A DNA stretch of 64,000 bases from Eremomyces bilateralis CBS 781.70 (taxonomy: Eukaryota): the NCBI GenBank assembly GCA_010015585.1, contig ML975149.1; one strand, written 5' to 3'. Shown here piece after piece: positions 49,203-60,762 of this stretch (position 1 is the stretch's first letter; each line of letters begins with the position of its first letter). The notes under the pieces were generated by a model, which saw only the letters and a program-made list of their open reading frames with translations, was not told where the DNA came from and ran no database searches. A program made the position numbers and the translations under genes.

Positions 49203-50580
49203 TCAACTAGAAGTATACAATGACGATGAGTCCGCTGCAGTGGATGATGACAATGCCGCCCCGTGCATCTCAACCCCTCCATTATCGACCGTCTCTACTT
49301 TTCCCGCCCAAAATGCGTGACCCCTACTCCTCGGCCTCCATGCCTCCCGCTCGCCGGCCTTGAACGCCGGGTGATACCAACGCAACGCGAACCACGCGCT
49401 CGCTATCCCGAGGAGCGCGCCCGCAATGACATCGATCCCGGAATTGTTGTAGTCGAAGTATCGGGAGCAGGTGACGATTAAGGCGGTGCATCCGGTGGCG
49501 AACGGGGCGATGAAGAGATATAGCGGGGCGGCGGCGGCGGCGCCCGACACGTTGTGGGCCGGAAACAGCCCGGATTGGTCGTTGATGTGAAGGAAGGTGA
49601 CGCCAAACCGGTAGCAGTAGTAGAGCGAGAAGTAGAACAGTCCGGACCAGGAGACTGATGCAACAGGTTAGTGAATGAGTTCCGCACCTGGGGTCGAGTG
49701 TGGGAATACAAACGAGTTGCATAACGGCTAGGAAAGCTCCTGAACGCGTCCCGCAGTTCTACATCTTGGAATTGGCAAATGCCTGGAGAGACGTAGATTT
49801 TATCTTGAAATAATCCCGTGGTAACCGTGGAGACAGTGTACTCTTTAATCCTCGATAGTTCCGGATGGCACCGAGCGATCATGTTCGGTCGCGGTTTGCC
49901 GATGCGTGTCTGGATCGCTTGGACCAAGACGAATCCAACGGCGAAGCTCATTGCGAGTCCGAGATACCCAACTGGAAACGGCGTTAGTACCTTCAAAAGC
50001 GTCAGGATTGAATCAAGTCGCACCATGCAAGTTCCAACGGAAATGGGGATTCATGAAGGCGTCTGACGGAGCCCATCGTTCCGTGCGACACCGCAGGCCC
50101 AGGACGATGAGCTCGACCATCAAGATGAGAACCGCCGGCACCGCGAGCGAGATGGTCCATAGCAAGTATTGGTTCATCGATTGGCCTAAGAATGGATATG
50201 AAATGGAGGGATCGTTGAGAGAGAACGGCCGAATTGCAGGCGTCACATAGTTGAGCCCGATCCCAATGCCGAAGGCGGATCTGATTCATCATTCTTAGCA
50301 TCGGTAGATCTCACGGCGTAGCAAGTGAATTGACCGCTTACAGGAGAATAAGCCAGTCTGTCACGTAGGACAGATCGACCAGGATCCGACCCATCGACTC
50401 ACGGAGGCGCGTCTGGATTTTGGCATTGAGGTTCCCAAGCCATGCACGGGCATTCTGAATCCAGAATATGCCTTTCTTCTTGATGTCGCCATAGGAGTCC
50501 TCAATCCATGCTTGGGCATTTTGCATCCATGTTTGGGCATTCTGAATCCGGAGTAGGACTTTCTCCTTAACTTTGTCCAT
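49203..50580 (-). CDS. PAP2/lipid-phosphate-phosphatase family membrane protein with degenerate catalytic motifs, 4 exons
   Basis: SYV.DW, RPFSL.DPSISYP, GKPRP..IARC.P, DAFRSFPS, SWSGLFYFSL, SRYFD, DVIAGA.LG; introns 50281-50341, about 49972-50023, about 49655-49714. Confidence 0.88.
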
Positions 50581-50887
50581 AGTGTCCACAAGATATAGTA
50601 AGCTTTACCAAAGCGACTGTTAGCGGAAAGTACCGTTAAGCGATAGACGTAATAATGTCGGGTATACGACGTAATGGCAGTGATGAGGCTAGAATAGATG
50701 ATTGAGAGGTCGGGTTCCGCCATTATGATGCGACGGCTTGCGACAACATAATCGGAAGCGGCAACCCAATCGATGGGGGGGCGATATCGATCTCCGGTCG
50801 TTCCATGCGTTATCCTGCGATAATAGCCATCTGCAGTGGTGTGGTCGATGCCAGCGGCAATCCTGCAATGCCAGTGGCCGTCTTCAA

Positions 50888-52636
50888 TCACACTTTAAGT
50901 TCGTCCAACCCCATCACAACCCGTTCCATCATCTGGTGCGGAGTCAAGGTTCCCAGTCTTTGGTGGGTGGCTCCTTCCTCCCACTCATACTGCAAACATT
51001 CGAAAACCAGCCGATGATAGCGAGTGCCGGTTTTCGCTCCCAAGGCAGGGACCTCATTTTGAAGGACGTTGGCTTTAAATTCCTCTCGGGCTCCCGAGTA
51101 CTGAGACTTCCATTCCAGCGTCTTCCACATGCCGATTTCGAGGAGCAATAAACCGAGGGCATAAATGTCGAACCCTTTGTGGAAACTCTTCTTCCACACC
51201 CCCATGGACTCAGGGTGCCGGTACATGAGGACCTCCTCGTTGCCTGTGCCATGCATCGGGTCGTAGATCATTTCAGTGAAATCGTGCTGACGAGACGAAT
51301 CCAGTCCCAGGACATACGGTGCGGACAGATCATGGTGTCCGGACGTTGGCGAGCCGAAGAAGATGATGTTGTGACAGCAGTACGACTTGTGGAGCCAGTC
51401 GAGAGAATGAAATGACCACAGCGTCGTTGCCAGGATACTAGCCAGTCGGAACCGCACATCAAGCTCGGGTGCGCTCTTGTTTGCACCATTCATCATCGTA
51501 TGAAGAGTCGGGAACTGCGCACGCTTCGAACTGGCCGTGTCGAGCGTTGTGAATACAACCGGGCACGCATGGATGATTCCGAAGCGATTAAACCTGGCGT
51601 CATCGGTGTATCCTAAACAATCCAACATATGCAAGTCCGGATTCCTCGAGTTACATGAATACAGCAACCGAGCAAGGTCGTCTATCCTTCTATGTAGAGC
51701 GTCACGAATTTCTTTGTTAAGGATACCCTTTTTCTCGGTATCGTAAGGGATCCAGTCGATGAGGATAGGAACATCCATATGCCTCGTCTGATTTGAACCT
51801 GGCGGGTGATAATTACCGGAGAGATCCAGCTTTTTGAAGAGGCCTGAGGCACGCTGTGGCTGCTTTTCGATGGGAACATCCATGCCACGTGCCCAGATCT
51901 GCTTCCGTGGCACGGACAACTGCGAAGACAACACTGGGAAAGGATGGCCCATCGCCATATTAATCCGCAATTGCTTCAGATGGACCAGATTGTTCAGGTA
52001 TGGGTATGGACCATCCGTAGCCGATGCCAATATCTCCAAGTGTCCAGTATCATGGGTTTGAAGCAACAGCTCGCTCGTCCAGGAACGCCGATATAGCCCC
52101 ACATGGCTGGGTGGAAACAGTTTTTCGAGCCTGTCGTTTAAGGCCCGAAGGTCTTTCAACAGCACTTCGAATTTCTCGGGGTCATCAATCACCCAATTGG
52201 CGCGCAATATCCAACCGTCTGGTAATTGATTCCCCGTATAATTTCTGGGGTCGGCCGCTCTGCTGTATAAATCCTTGTCGACAGATCCAGGCGACTCTTC
52301 CTGGAGCCCGTAAATGTCTTCCAACTTCTCGCAGTCCATAATGGTTTCCAACAGCCGACTCAATATCAATCGGGCCAGATCCTTGAGGCCTTCCGCACCC
52401 CATCCGCCAAACTCCTGCCACCGATCAAATTGATCTTTCTCCACACCCCATTGGCGGGCCCATGACAGGAGTCGGAATTCTTCAATCCGGATTCTTGCAA
52501 GCAAGCGCAAGGTATTAGGTCCGAGATTGTTTGATGCGGTGAAGGCTCGATAGCCTTTGACGCAACCGTCATAGAGCTTGTCGAGCGAGCCTGTGACGCC
52601 AGCGACATCAAAGGCGAATGCGGCTAGTTCTGTCAT
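50888..52636 (-). CDS. HeLo (prion-inhibition and propagation) domain + kinase-like domain protein
   Basis: N-terminal LYDGCVKGY..RIRIEEFRLLSWARQWG..WVIDD.EKFE.LL.DLR.LND.L; C-terminal RFRLA..LA..L..FHS.DWLHK, PYVLGLD.SR, YRHP, DIYALGLLLLEIG.W; intronless, 582 aa. Confidence 0.88.
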   Translation of the reverse strand: MTELAAFAFDVAGVTGSLDKLYDGCVKGYRAFTASNNLGPNTLRLLARIRIEEFRLLSWARQWGVEKDQFDRWQEFGGWGAEGLKDLARLILSRLLETIMDCEKLEDIYGLQEESPGSVDKDLYSRAADPRNYTGNQLPDGWILRANWVIDDPEKFEVLLKDLRALNDRLEKLFPPSHVGLYRRSWTSELLLQTHDTGHLEILASATDGPYPYLNNLVHLKQLRINMAMGHPFPVLSSQLSVPRKQIWARGMDVPIEKQPQRASGLFKKLDLSGNYHPPGSNQTRHMDVPILIDWIPYDTEKKGILNKEIRDALHRRIDDLARLLYSCNSRNPDLHMLDCLGYTDDARFNRFGIIHACPVVFTTLDTASSKRAQFPTLHTMMNGANKSAPELDVRFRLASILATTLWSFHSLDWLHKSYCCHNIIFFGSPTSGHHDLSAPYVLGLDSSRQHDFTEMIYDPMHGTGNEEVLMYRHPESMGVWKKSFHKGFDIYALGLLLLEIGMWKTLEWKSQYSGAREEFKANVLQNEVPALGAKTGTRYHRLVFECLQYEWEEGATHQRLGTLTPHQMMERVVMGLDELKV

Positions 52637-53601
52637 GGTTTTAGGACGGGAGGGATGCAGATCCGGGGACCAGACGTTTCAGTTGGTTTAAACAGGTGAG
52701 TAACACTGCCACGCGTGGTGCGAACCGAGGAAACCAGAGACTTCAGACGTAGAATGATAGGCGACAGGGGGAATGAAAAGGGCTGGACAAAGCGCAACGA
52801 GGCTATCAACCACGCTGAGTTCGTAAAGGATCCAGAAGGCAGATTAATCACGAGATATTAAGAGCAACGGAAGATCGGAATGCTCCTATTTTCGGGAGCT
52901 TTTCGTGGTGATTCACCTGGTTGCACTACTCCAGATGTGTTGGACGGACGATGCAAGTCGCGGGATGTCCGCTTGACGAGTGCACGCGGCTACCACGTCA
53001 TTGGCGACGCTTGAAGGGCATTATCAAAAGGAAAGAGTTAGCCATGCCTATAATTATTGGAACATAGGCAAAGACTAAGACATCGGGATCAGAAAAGCGG
53101 CGACTAAGATGGAGGTCCGAAAACCTTCAAGGAGCACGCAGTTCAACTCGAAACAAACGGAGCCAGGCACCCCTAATCGTCGCCTTTCTACCTGAGGCGA
53201 TTGTCCAATCAGCGATCTCCTCCAAGTGGCTGAAAGCCTCCTTAATCAAAACATCCATATTGAGGCTTCACCTTCCGTCTCCCCATCCTGCTTTGACATT
53301 GGCAATTAATATCTTGACCTAAAATCAGGTAAGCCTACAAGGGCTACAATCGAGAATAATATACTCAGCCGCGCGAGATGGATCGTACAAATATCCCTCA
53401 AGAGATCAGGTTGAGGCCGCGATCTGACCTTGTCCCTCCTCTTAACATCCCATCTCATAAAGCCGTTGGTTGATCGTTTCGTTTTGCTCACAGTCGTTAC
53501 TCATCAGCAGTCCTTAGTCGTTCGTTTGACGTGTCCATAGCATATTTGAAAGTGTTACTGTTGGCTACTAGTTCAAATAATTCTTCGTTATCTTGTCAGT
53601 C

Positions 53602-54340
53602 ATGAAGGCATCATGGATCCTGGGCGCTGCCCTCCTATCCCACACCGCCGTCGCGACCTTCTTGCCTCCACCTTGTGTCAAGAAATGTATCAAGGAGGTC
53701 GGATGCGATCTTCTTGACCTCAAGTGTAAGCGACGCTAACCCCGGCCATATGAGACGTTACAGCTCATCATATCACTTAGGCATCTGCAGCAAATCCGAC
53801 GACTGCGACGCCGGTCCCAGCTTCTTCGACTGCGCCGAGAGCGAATGCGGCGACAGCTTCCGCAGCGACAAGATCATTGACAAGCTCCAAGGCCTCTGCG
53901 GCAAGAAGAACAAGCCCTTCAAGCACCCGGGCAACGAATGCCCGAAACCAAGCACGCCCGGGAAGCCGCCGCAGAGCAAGCCTCCATCCATAAGCACCAA
54001 GGAACCCCACCCGAAACCCACCAAGCCTCCCGGCTCGAAGCCGCCCCCAGAGACGCCGAAGCCATCCACCCTCACGCAGGTAACCGTAGTGCCGGTCCCG
54101 TGCGAGGCGTGCCAGTCGAGCAAGACCCCTGACGCACCGAAGCCGAGCGGCTCAGGGAAGCCTCCAAGTGGAGGGACCGGGACACCGCCGAAGCCGTCGG
54201 GCAGCAAGCCATCAAAACCGACTACGGGTCCGTCGGCATCGAAGCCGGCGCCGCCTAGCTTTACGGGCGCCGCTTCGTCGGTTTCGGTGGAACGGATGGG
54301 TCTTTTGTCAGGGCTGCTCGCTATGCTGGCTCTGTTCTAG
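53602..54340 (+). CDS. GPI-anchored CFEM-domain protein with Pro/Ser/Lys stalk, 2 exons
   Basis: Signal; PPCVKKC.....C...D..CIC...C....C....C pattern after removing intron 53726-53780; FTGAA followed by a hydrophobic tail. Confidence 0.85.
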
Positions 54341-54594
54341 TTGTTATTCTGGGGTATCCTAGTTTCCGGTCTGGCCATCGTGCATCTGTTTGCGTTGAGG
54401 ATTGGGATCCTTGGCCGAATATAATGAGGTCAGTGAGCGGGTTGCCATTGGAAATTCATGGTGGAATTTACTACTATGAAAATCTGGGGGATACCGGGGT
54501 AATGAGATAGGTGTAATGTACAAACCTTCCATGATAACATACACAAAATTCCAAACGCTTGTAACTCGCACACTTCAAGGCTCCTTGACTAGGT

Positions 54595-55945
54595 TCACAG
54601 CCTTGCCACATTCTTGGTATAACCATTCCCCCCCTTCACCACCCCGTAGCATGGCCCACCCTTCCTATGCATCGCAATCAAATCTCCCGCAATCACATCC
54701 GGTCGCTCCCACGCCGCGAAATGCCCCCCCTTCCCACTCGTGCTCTCCCACACCACCTTCCCCAGCGTCCGCGCCCACGTCTTTGGGATCACAGTCAACT
54801 CCCGTGGGAAGTACGCCAACCCCAGCGGCACCCCTACGATGTGCTTCTCCAGTCGCGTCCGATCCGTCATCCGCGGCGTGCTCTGGTGCATGATCTCGTA
54901 GTAGATTCGCACCGACGCCGCCGGGCCGGCCCGGCTGAACCAGTAGATCGAGATCCACGTGAGGATCTCATCGTCCGTCCAGGGATAGGCGTCAGTCCAG
55001 TCGTGCAGCTTCTCGACGATCCAGGCGAGGAGCGCGACCGGCGAGTCGGCGAGCGCGTAGCCGAGCGTCTGGGGTTTGGTGGATTGCTCGATGAAGTAGC
55101 CGCGGCCGGATTTCGCGAACCACGCGGTGCGGGCGAGGCCGGCTTTGTCGGCGTCAGAGTAGGGGGTGAGGGCGTGCTGGAGCCAGAGGAGCGGGTTGGA
55201 GGTGAAGGAGGGGGGTTCGGCGCGGATCATGTTGATGTGGACGGACTTGACGCTCTCGGGATGGAGAAGCGACAGGGCTCGGGTGATATACATTCCCCAA
55301 TCACCGCCCTGGCAAGCTAGGAAGAGTTAACGAAGCCGATTTGCGCTGGGACGAAATAGCATACCGTATTGGGTGTATCCGAGCGTCTGCATCAGCTTCT
55401 GGCATACTTCGACGTATTGCTCGACTCCAAACCCGGGCTTCTTGACCCCTTCCGAAAAGCCGAAGTTTGGCAGCGATGGCGCTACGATGTGGAATGACGG
55501 ACCCTTCCCATCGCCATTAAGGAGCGGAAGTAGCTTCTGCACCTCGATAAACGAGCCTGGCCCTGTTGACAGATCAGCTCGTCTCATCCAGATCATCCAG
55601 ATCAACGGGCTGTGACATACACCCATGAACAAACAGCAACGGCACTGCCCTCTCCACCTCGCTCTTCTGATGCACGAAGTGTATATCCAACGTCCCAAAG
55701 CCGTCCACCATGACCGGAGCCGTGAACTGCGGCATCGTGTTCAATCCCGCTTCCGCAGCCTTGAAGTCAAACCCATCCTTCCAATACTCCACCAACCTCT
55801 TTATCTCGGCTTGCGGGGCGCCGCGTTCCCATTTATCCTTTTCGCCCAGCGGGATCTCGCCGGGGAACGTCACGGTCGAGAGCTTCGACTTGAGCTCGTC
55901 GATCCCGGCTTCCGGGAAGGAGACTTGGAATGGCGCGGCGGACAT
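54595..55945 (-). CDS. Microsomal-type epoxide hydrolase (EHN + alpha/beta hydrolase), 3 exons
   Basis: [16 protein letters not shown], nucleophile [33 protein letters not shown]; introns 55563-55620 and 55317-55364. Confidence 0.93.
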
Positions 55946-56609
55946 TTTGATGCGGATTCGGAAGCAAGCTATCAGTGGATTTACGATGTTTTAAAGCTAT
56001 CGCTCACGTTGATTTCTAATTGTTCAAGCTCCAACACGCTCTACAGATCATTGCTTACATAGTACAGTGCAAGTGTGATGGATACCATGACGTTCGGTAC
56101 GAGACTGGGGATTGCTAATAGCCGGATGAGAATTCGGTACATGAATGCGGAGCTGCTGTTATGCCGACCTTCACCGAAGTGATTACTCATCCTTCCTACG
56201 ACCACTTTCGTTCCTGCTCTCCCTTTCTTCACCTTTCGTTTCGTGGTAAACCAGCTAATTACTTTATCTCAGCAATCAAGACCATTGATTCTACAAAACA
56301 ACACAGTGGCAAGTAGTAGTAATTTCATGCTCACCTTCCTCTTCGGCATATAGAGGCTACCACTAGAGTACTCCGTCACTACGTAAATACTACACTCTAG
56401 GCCAGTATATATACAACCTTCACACCTCTCTGGGGCTTATGTTCGGTCCTTGATATGCCGTTTGTTGGTCGCTTCGAAGAAGTTGGAAATATACTAGAGA
56501 AATGTAACAGGAAAGCAGGGAGCGATATGGGAAGGCATGAACACGTTCAGAGGAAAATAAACCTGTTACTGTCTCTGTCTAGTTCTTCAATCCTTTTGAT
56601 ATTGTTCGT

Positions 56610-56864
56610 TAAAATCTCCTCTTATTAAGTAGCGGATTGAAGATATCAGTAGCCCCGGACCAAAGCGGCAAAGAGTGTACTACCTTACAGTCCACCTTGC
56701 GTGTTGACATCGGCGCCCTTGCCGAGCAGCAGCTCGACGATATCCTTATCGCCCCCGAACGAAGCGGCCTACAGCGAGTTACCGTAGTCTCCACCTTGTG
56801 CGTTCACGTCGGCGTCTTTGCTGAGCAGCACCTCGACGATATTCTTGTGGCCCTCGTCCGAAGC
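56610..56864 (-). pseudogene. Ankyrin-repeat remnant of the type found in fungal NACHT-ANK NLRs
   Basis: ASDEGHKNIVEVLLSKDADVNAQGGDYGNSL*AASFGGDKDIVELLLGKGADVNTQGG; TAG at 56769-56771 where the consensus has Gln. Confidence 0.85.
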
Positions 56865-57207
56865 TGTGAGGACACACAAAGAGGAGCGTAGTGTGATAGG
56901 TCACGAGTGGTCAACGAGTATCACTGGACTCGGCTGATAATCAATTGAGGTTTATGTATACCCATTTTCACTAGACTGATCCTTGAAGAAGGAAGAATGA
57001 GAGCGTTGAGAGGATACTATCCCCTCCCAGCCCCTTCGCTGGCGCTGGTGGGAAAATCTCACCAGCCCCTCTCTAATTCGATGCGCCTTGGCAGACTCTT
57101 GGTAAAGCAGATTTCGCTGCGTGAAGGAACGGGTCACCACTCACCAGCCTAGCCCAGCAATAGCCCAGTTTCTCTACGTGGAGGAACGAGCCACTCAGCC
57201 CACAACA
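56865..57207 (-). mobile_element. Putative solo LTR (343 bp), no TSD
   Basis: Minus strand reads TGTTGTGG...GTCCTCACA with LTR-like composition; abuts the truncated ankyrin remnant. Confidence 0.5.
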
Positions 57208-57225
57208 TCGCAATTTCCTTACGTA

Positions 57226-57445
57226 TGTTATGGTCCCAGACCTGTGGCCTGGGCCCTTGGGTGTGGCTGGTGGATTGCATGGAGGATTATCAAGGAGCAG
57301 CCATGTGGGAGCTGTGTGTCAGGACAGCAGAGAGGAGTCGATATCTCGCGCACAAAGGCGCTGGGAGATTTCTTCCTTTTCTTTCTCTTCAGTTTAGATT
57401 AATGGAACTTGGTAATCGCAGACCTTGCGCATCCAGACCGTGTCA
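57226..57445 (+). mobile_element. Solo LTR, family A copy 1 (220 bp)
   Basis: TGTTATGGTCCCAG...CCAGACCGTGTCA; homologous to 60763-60996; imperfect TSD (cgta/cgtg). Confidence 0.85.
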
Positions 57446-57566
57446 CGTGCGTGTCTAGTAGTAAGTTAATTGAAGTCTAACAGCTTAGATTTCGCTTTAT
57501 GATAGTTGTGCCTAAAATATAGAGATTTATTCGGCTGAAGTAGATAAGAAATTAGATATAGTTATC

Positions 57567-60204
57567 CTAATTACTCCATTCTAGGAGAGTCGCCAGTGAA
57601 GATTGAGTGTGAGGATGGTCAATACCTAATGCCTTTTCCTGCAACGCTAAGCATTCCGACATTAAATTAGTAGCATCCTGCTGCCGATCTTGACCTTTCC
57701 ACGTAAATGCGAGGTTGGTCCTGCTGATCAGCGTGTCTGGATGCTCTGCGCCAAGCACCCTCTTTCTCGTCTCTATCACTTGCACCTCCAGCTCTTCGGC
57801 CTCCTTCCATCGGCCTTGATTCCNNNNNNNNNNNNNNNNNNNNNNNNNNNNNNNNNNNNNNNNNNNNNNNNNNNNNNNNNNNNNNNNNNNNNNNNNNNNN
57901 NNNNNNNNNNNNNNNNNNNNNNNNNNNNNNNNNNNNNNNNNNNNNNNNNNNNNNNNNNNNNNNNATGCTGGTCAGCGTGGAAGGATTCTCTGCGCCAAGC
58001 ACCCTCTTTTTCGTCTCCATCACTTGCACCTCCAGCTCTTCGGCCTCCTTCCATCGACCTTGATTCCTGTACGTCGACGCCAGGTTAGCCATGCTGGTCA
58101 ATGTGTCTGGATGCTCCGCGCCTAGCACCCTCTTCTCCATATTGAACACTTGATTAATCGGTTCTTCAGCCTCAGTCCATCGCCCATCCTCGTAAAGACA
58201 CATTCCGTACCTCCACATAAGATCCATCCTGGGTTTCCAATCTTTATTCACAAGATTGGACTCTAGCACATAGCGCGCATGGGGCATGTAAGCCCTCCAG
58301 ACGCTTCGGTTCTCGTGGTTATCATCTGGGAAAACTTCTTCTAGTCGCACAATAGCTTTCTCGGTTGATTGCGCAAGCAGCCCCTCTTTCCGTAACCAGT
58401 TCCGCGTTGCTAGATGCACCAGCCGATGGAGATCGAGGCATTTGTCGGCCGGTCGTCTGTTGACGAACGAATACGCGTTGAGCGTTCCGATCGCGCCCGT
58501 CTCCTTATTCCGCGACGCTCCTGGCGGAAGAAGAGACTGCGGAATGTCCTTTGGCTCTACACAGGCCATGAACGATAAGTAATCAGCCGCCAGCCCGTCG
58601 CGCCGCCGGATTTGGTCAAACGAAATCAGCCAGGTTGTGGCAACCGGATTGTTGACGTAGCGATACCTCCCATCGTCTTCAAACTCCTCGCTAAGAAGTT
58701 CAATAACCCCCGCCTCTTGCTCAGCCAGGAGTGAAAGATAGTCTGCAATTGATATCGCATTCTCGTTGATGTACGCTGCTGCCTGAACAATGGCTAGCGG
58801 AAGGTAGGTGAGTTGTAAAAGCAACGCACTAGTGTTTTCTCGACAGTTGACGAGATCCGGCTTGATCAGGCACTTCCCTAGAAGTTGGGCAGCCGCATCT
58901 TCTCCCATCGCCGGAACGTCCACGACGTTCTGTTGTGCGAGCTTGACAGCTATTTTCCTGTCGCGCGTCGTGAATACAACCGCTCCTTTCTTACTCTTCG
59001 GGAGGTAGTCTATTAAAGGGTGCGATTCCTGCCCATACTGAAGCCCAGATCCAGCCTTGGTAATCCACATATCCCAGTCATCTGCATTGTCGAACACTAG
59101 CAGCCACTGGCCTGTAGTTTCTTCGCTTAGATGCGCCTGCACCAGCCTCTTTACGTCCGCCTTGTCGTCCTCACACCCAGGTATGCCAAGTTGCCGAGCA
59201 GCGTCAAGGTATGCTTGATGGAGACTTTCCGTGTTAGTTGCCGGTATCCAGATGACAGAACAGTCATGGTGCTCGTATTTTATTCGGAAGAGCGACTCGA
59301 GCACAAGCTGAGTCTTACCTACGCCGCCAAGCCCAGTGACGGCAACCTTTGTAGTGCTATCTTTGGCAAATATCATCCCTTCTAGCTCAGCAAGTTGAGA
59401 TCCGCGGCCTGTGAAGCGCGGGTTCCTTTCAAATTGCACGATCCAGGGAGCTTGTTTGGGGCTCGTTAGTGCTTGGTTTTGAGACTTTTGTATCTTCCTC
59501 TTAAGCCGGTCCAGTGCCTTTTTCTGCCCCTCGCCGTAGATGAGCGGCATCTGGATATCGAAAATGCCCAGGAGACAGTATGCGGCGTCTTCTTCTACGG
59601 TTGTCTGGCGTTTTGCTGCCCATAATAGCCGTTCGTCCGGGCTGAATTGAGACAGAGGCTTTCCCCGAAGGGCTTCGATAGCAATGCCGGTTATCTGACG
59701 AATCTCTTCTTCTCGTGACTTTTTACTTCCCAAAGGCTTGCCTTTCCAAGAGAAGAATTGGACTGATGACGGCGCTAGAAGTTCTTGAAGTGTCCATCCT
59801 CGCTTAAACCACCTGTAGTTCGGGAAGGCTAATTCTTCTGTAGCAGCAGGATTTTGACGGTCAGGAACGTCCGAAAGGTACACATAGCACCGAGTAGATT
59901 CGCGGTACCAGCGGAACATGGAGTTGATGGCTTCTGAGAGTTCGGTGAAGTCTGCCTTATTGATGCAGCATGTGTCTATCCAGAAATAGGATAGACCGTC
60001 GGATTTGGCTTGACCTTCGCAGAATATCAGCTTCTGGTATCCAGCCTTCTTCTTTCCAGCACGGTCCCAGATGTCCTTGAATGTGACTTCATCGTTGTCA
60101 CTTCCCCATGTATGAGAAAGTATGGCATAAGGAGGGATCGTGGCCGTGGCTCTGAAGGTCTCCAGAATGAACCTGCCGTTGCCGTCGAGCTTTAAGAGGT
60201 GCAT
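57567..60204 (-). CDS. HET-NB-ARC-TPR fungal NLR; assembly gap in the TPR array
   Basis: HET YAILSHTW, FWIDTCCI, AINSMFRWY, WFKRGWTLQELLAP, MPLIYGEG; RNPRFTGR, GLGGVGKTQL, LLVFDNAD, FTTRD, YLPLAIVQAA; TPR LGAEHPDTLTSMANLASTY.NQGRWKEAE; Ns at 57824-57964. Confidence 0.93.
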
Positions 60205-60762
60205 CGTTGGCCGCAGTAATCGACAGATATTGTCATTATCGAGGAATCGTGACAACTAGTCTGGGACATTCGAGCGCCATGTTAGCAGAATTCTAGGCGT
60301 ATCATGATGGACTGCCATGGACAATGTGACCAGGCACAAGGCTGTGCGGAGCTTTTGGGATGCGCAAGGCTGAGCTGCATGCTTCTCCCGTCTATCTACT
60401 ATTATGAACCTCGTTCCGTCTCGCAGGAGCTCCGCATCACCTAAGAGGGTTAGTCTGTCAAGGCTATGGTAGATTAGAGAATCTGCTTTAATGACTGTAA
60501 TTTACGATAAATACGTGCGTATTATTAATCCCTTGCCAGTCTGAATCGCCCAAAAGTGGAAGTTTGATCAGCCACAAGTACCGATCTGCGTAGTGGAAAA
60601 AACTGAAATTGCTTGCAACAGAACGTATACTTTGGACGGCTTTGTAGCATTTTAACAGGATTATTTGACTTGGACTCGTTCTTCCTATGTCATTCGTGAA
60701 GAAAAAAAAGATGATGGTGACGCTGTACGGAGTACCATGGAAATATTGCCACGGCGTCTAAA

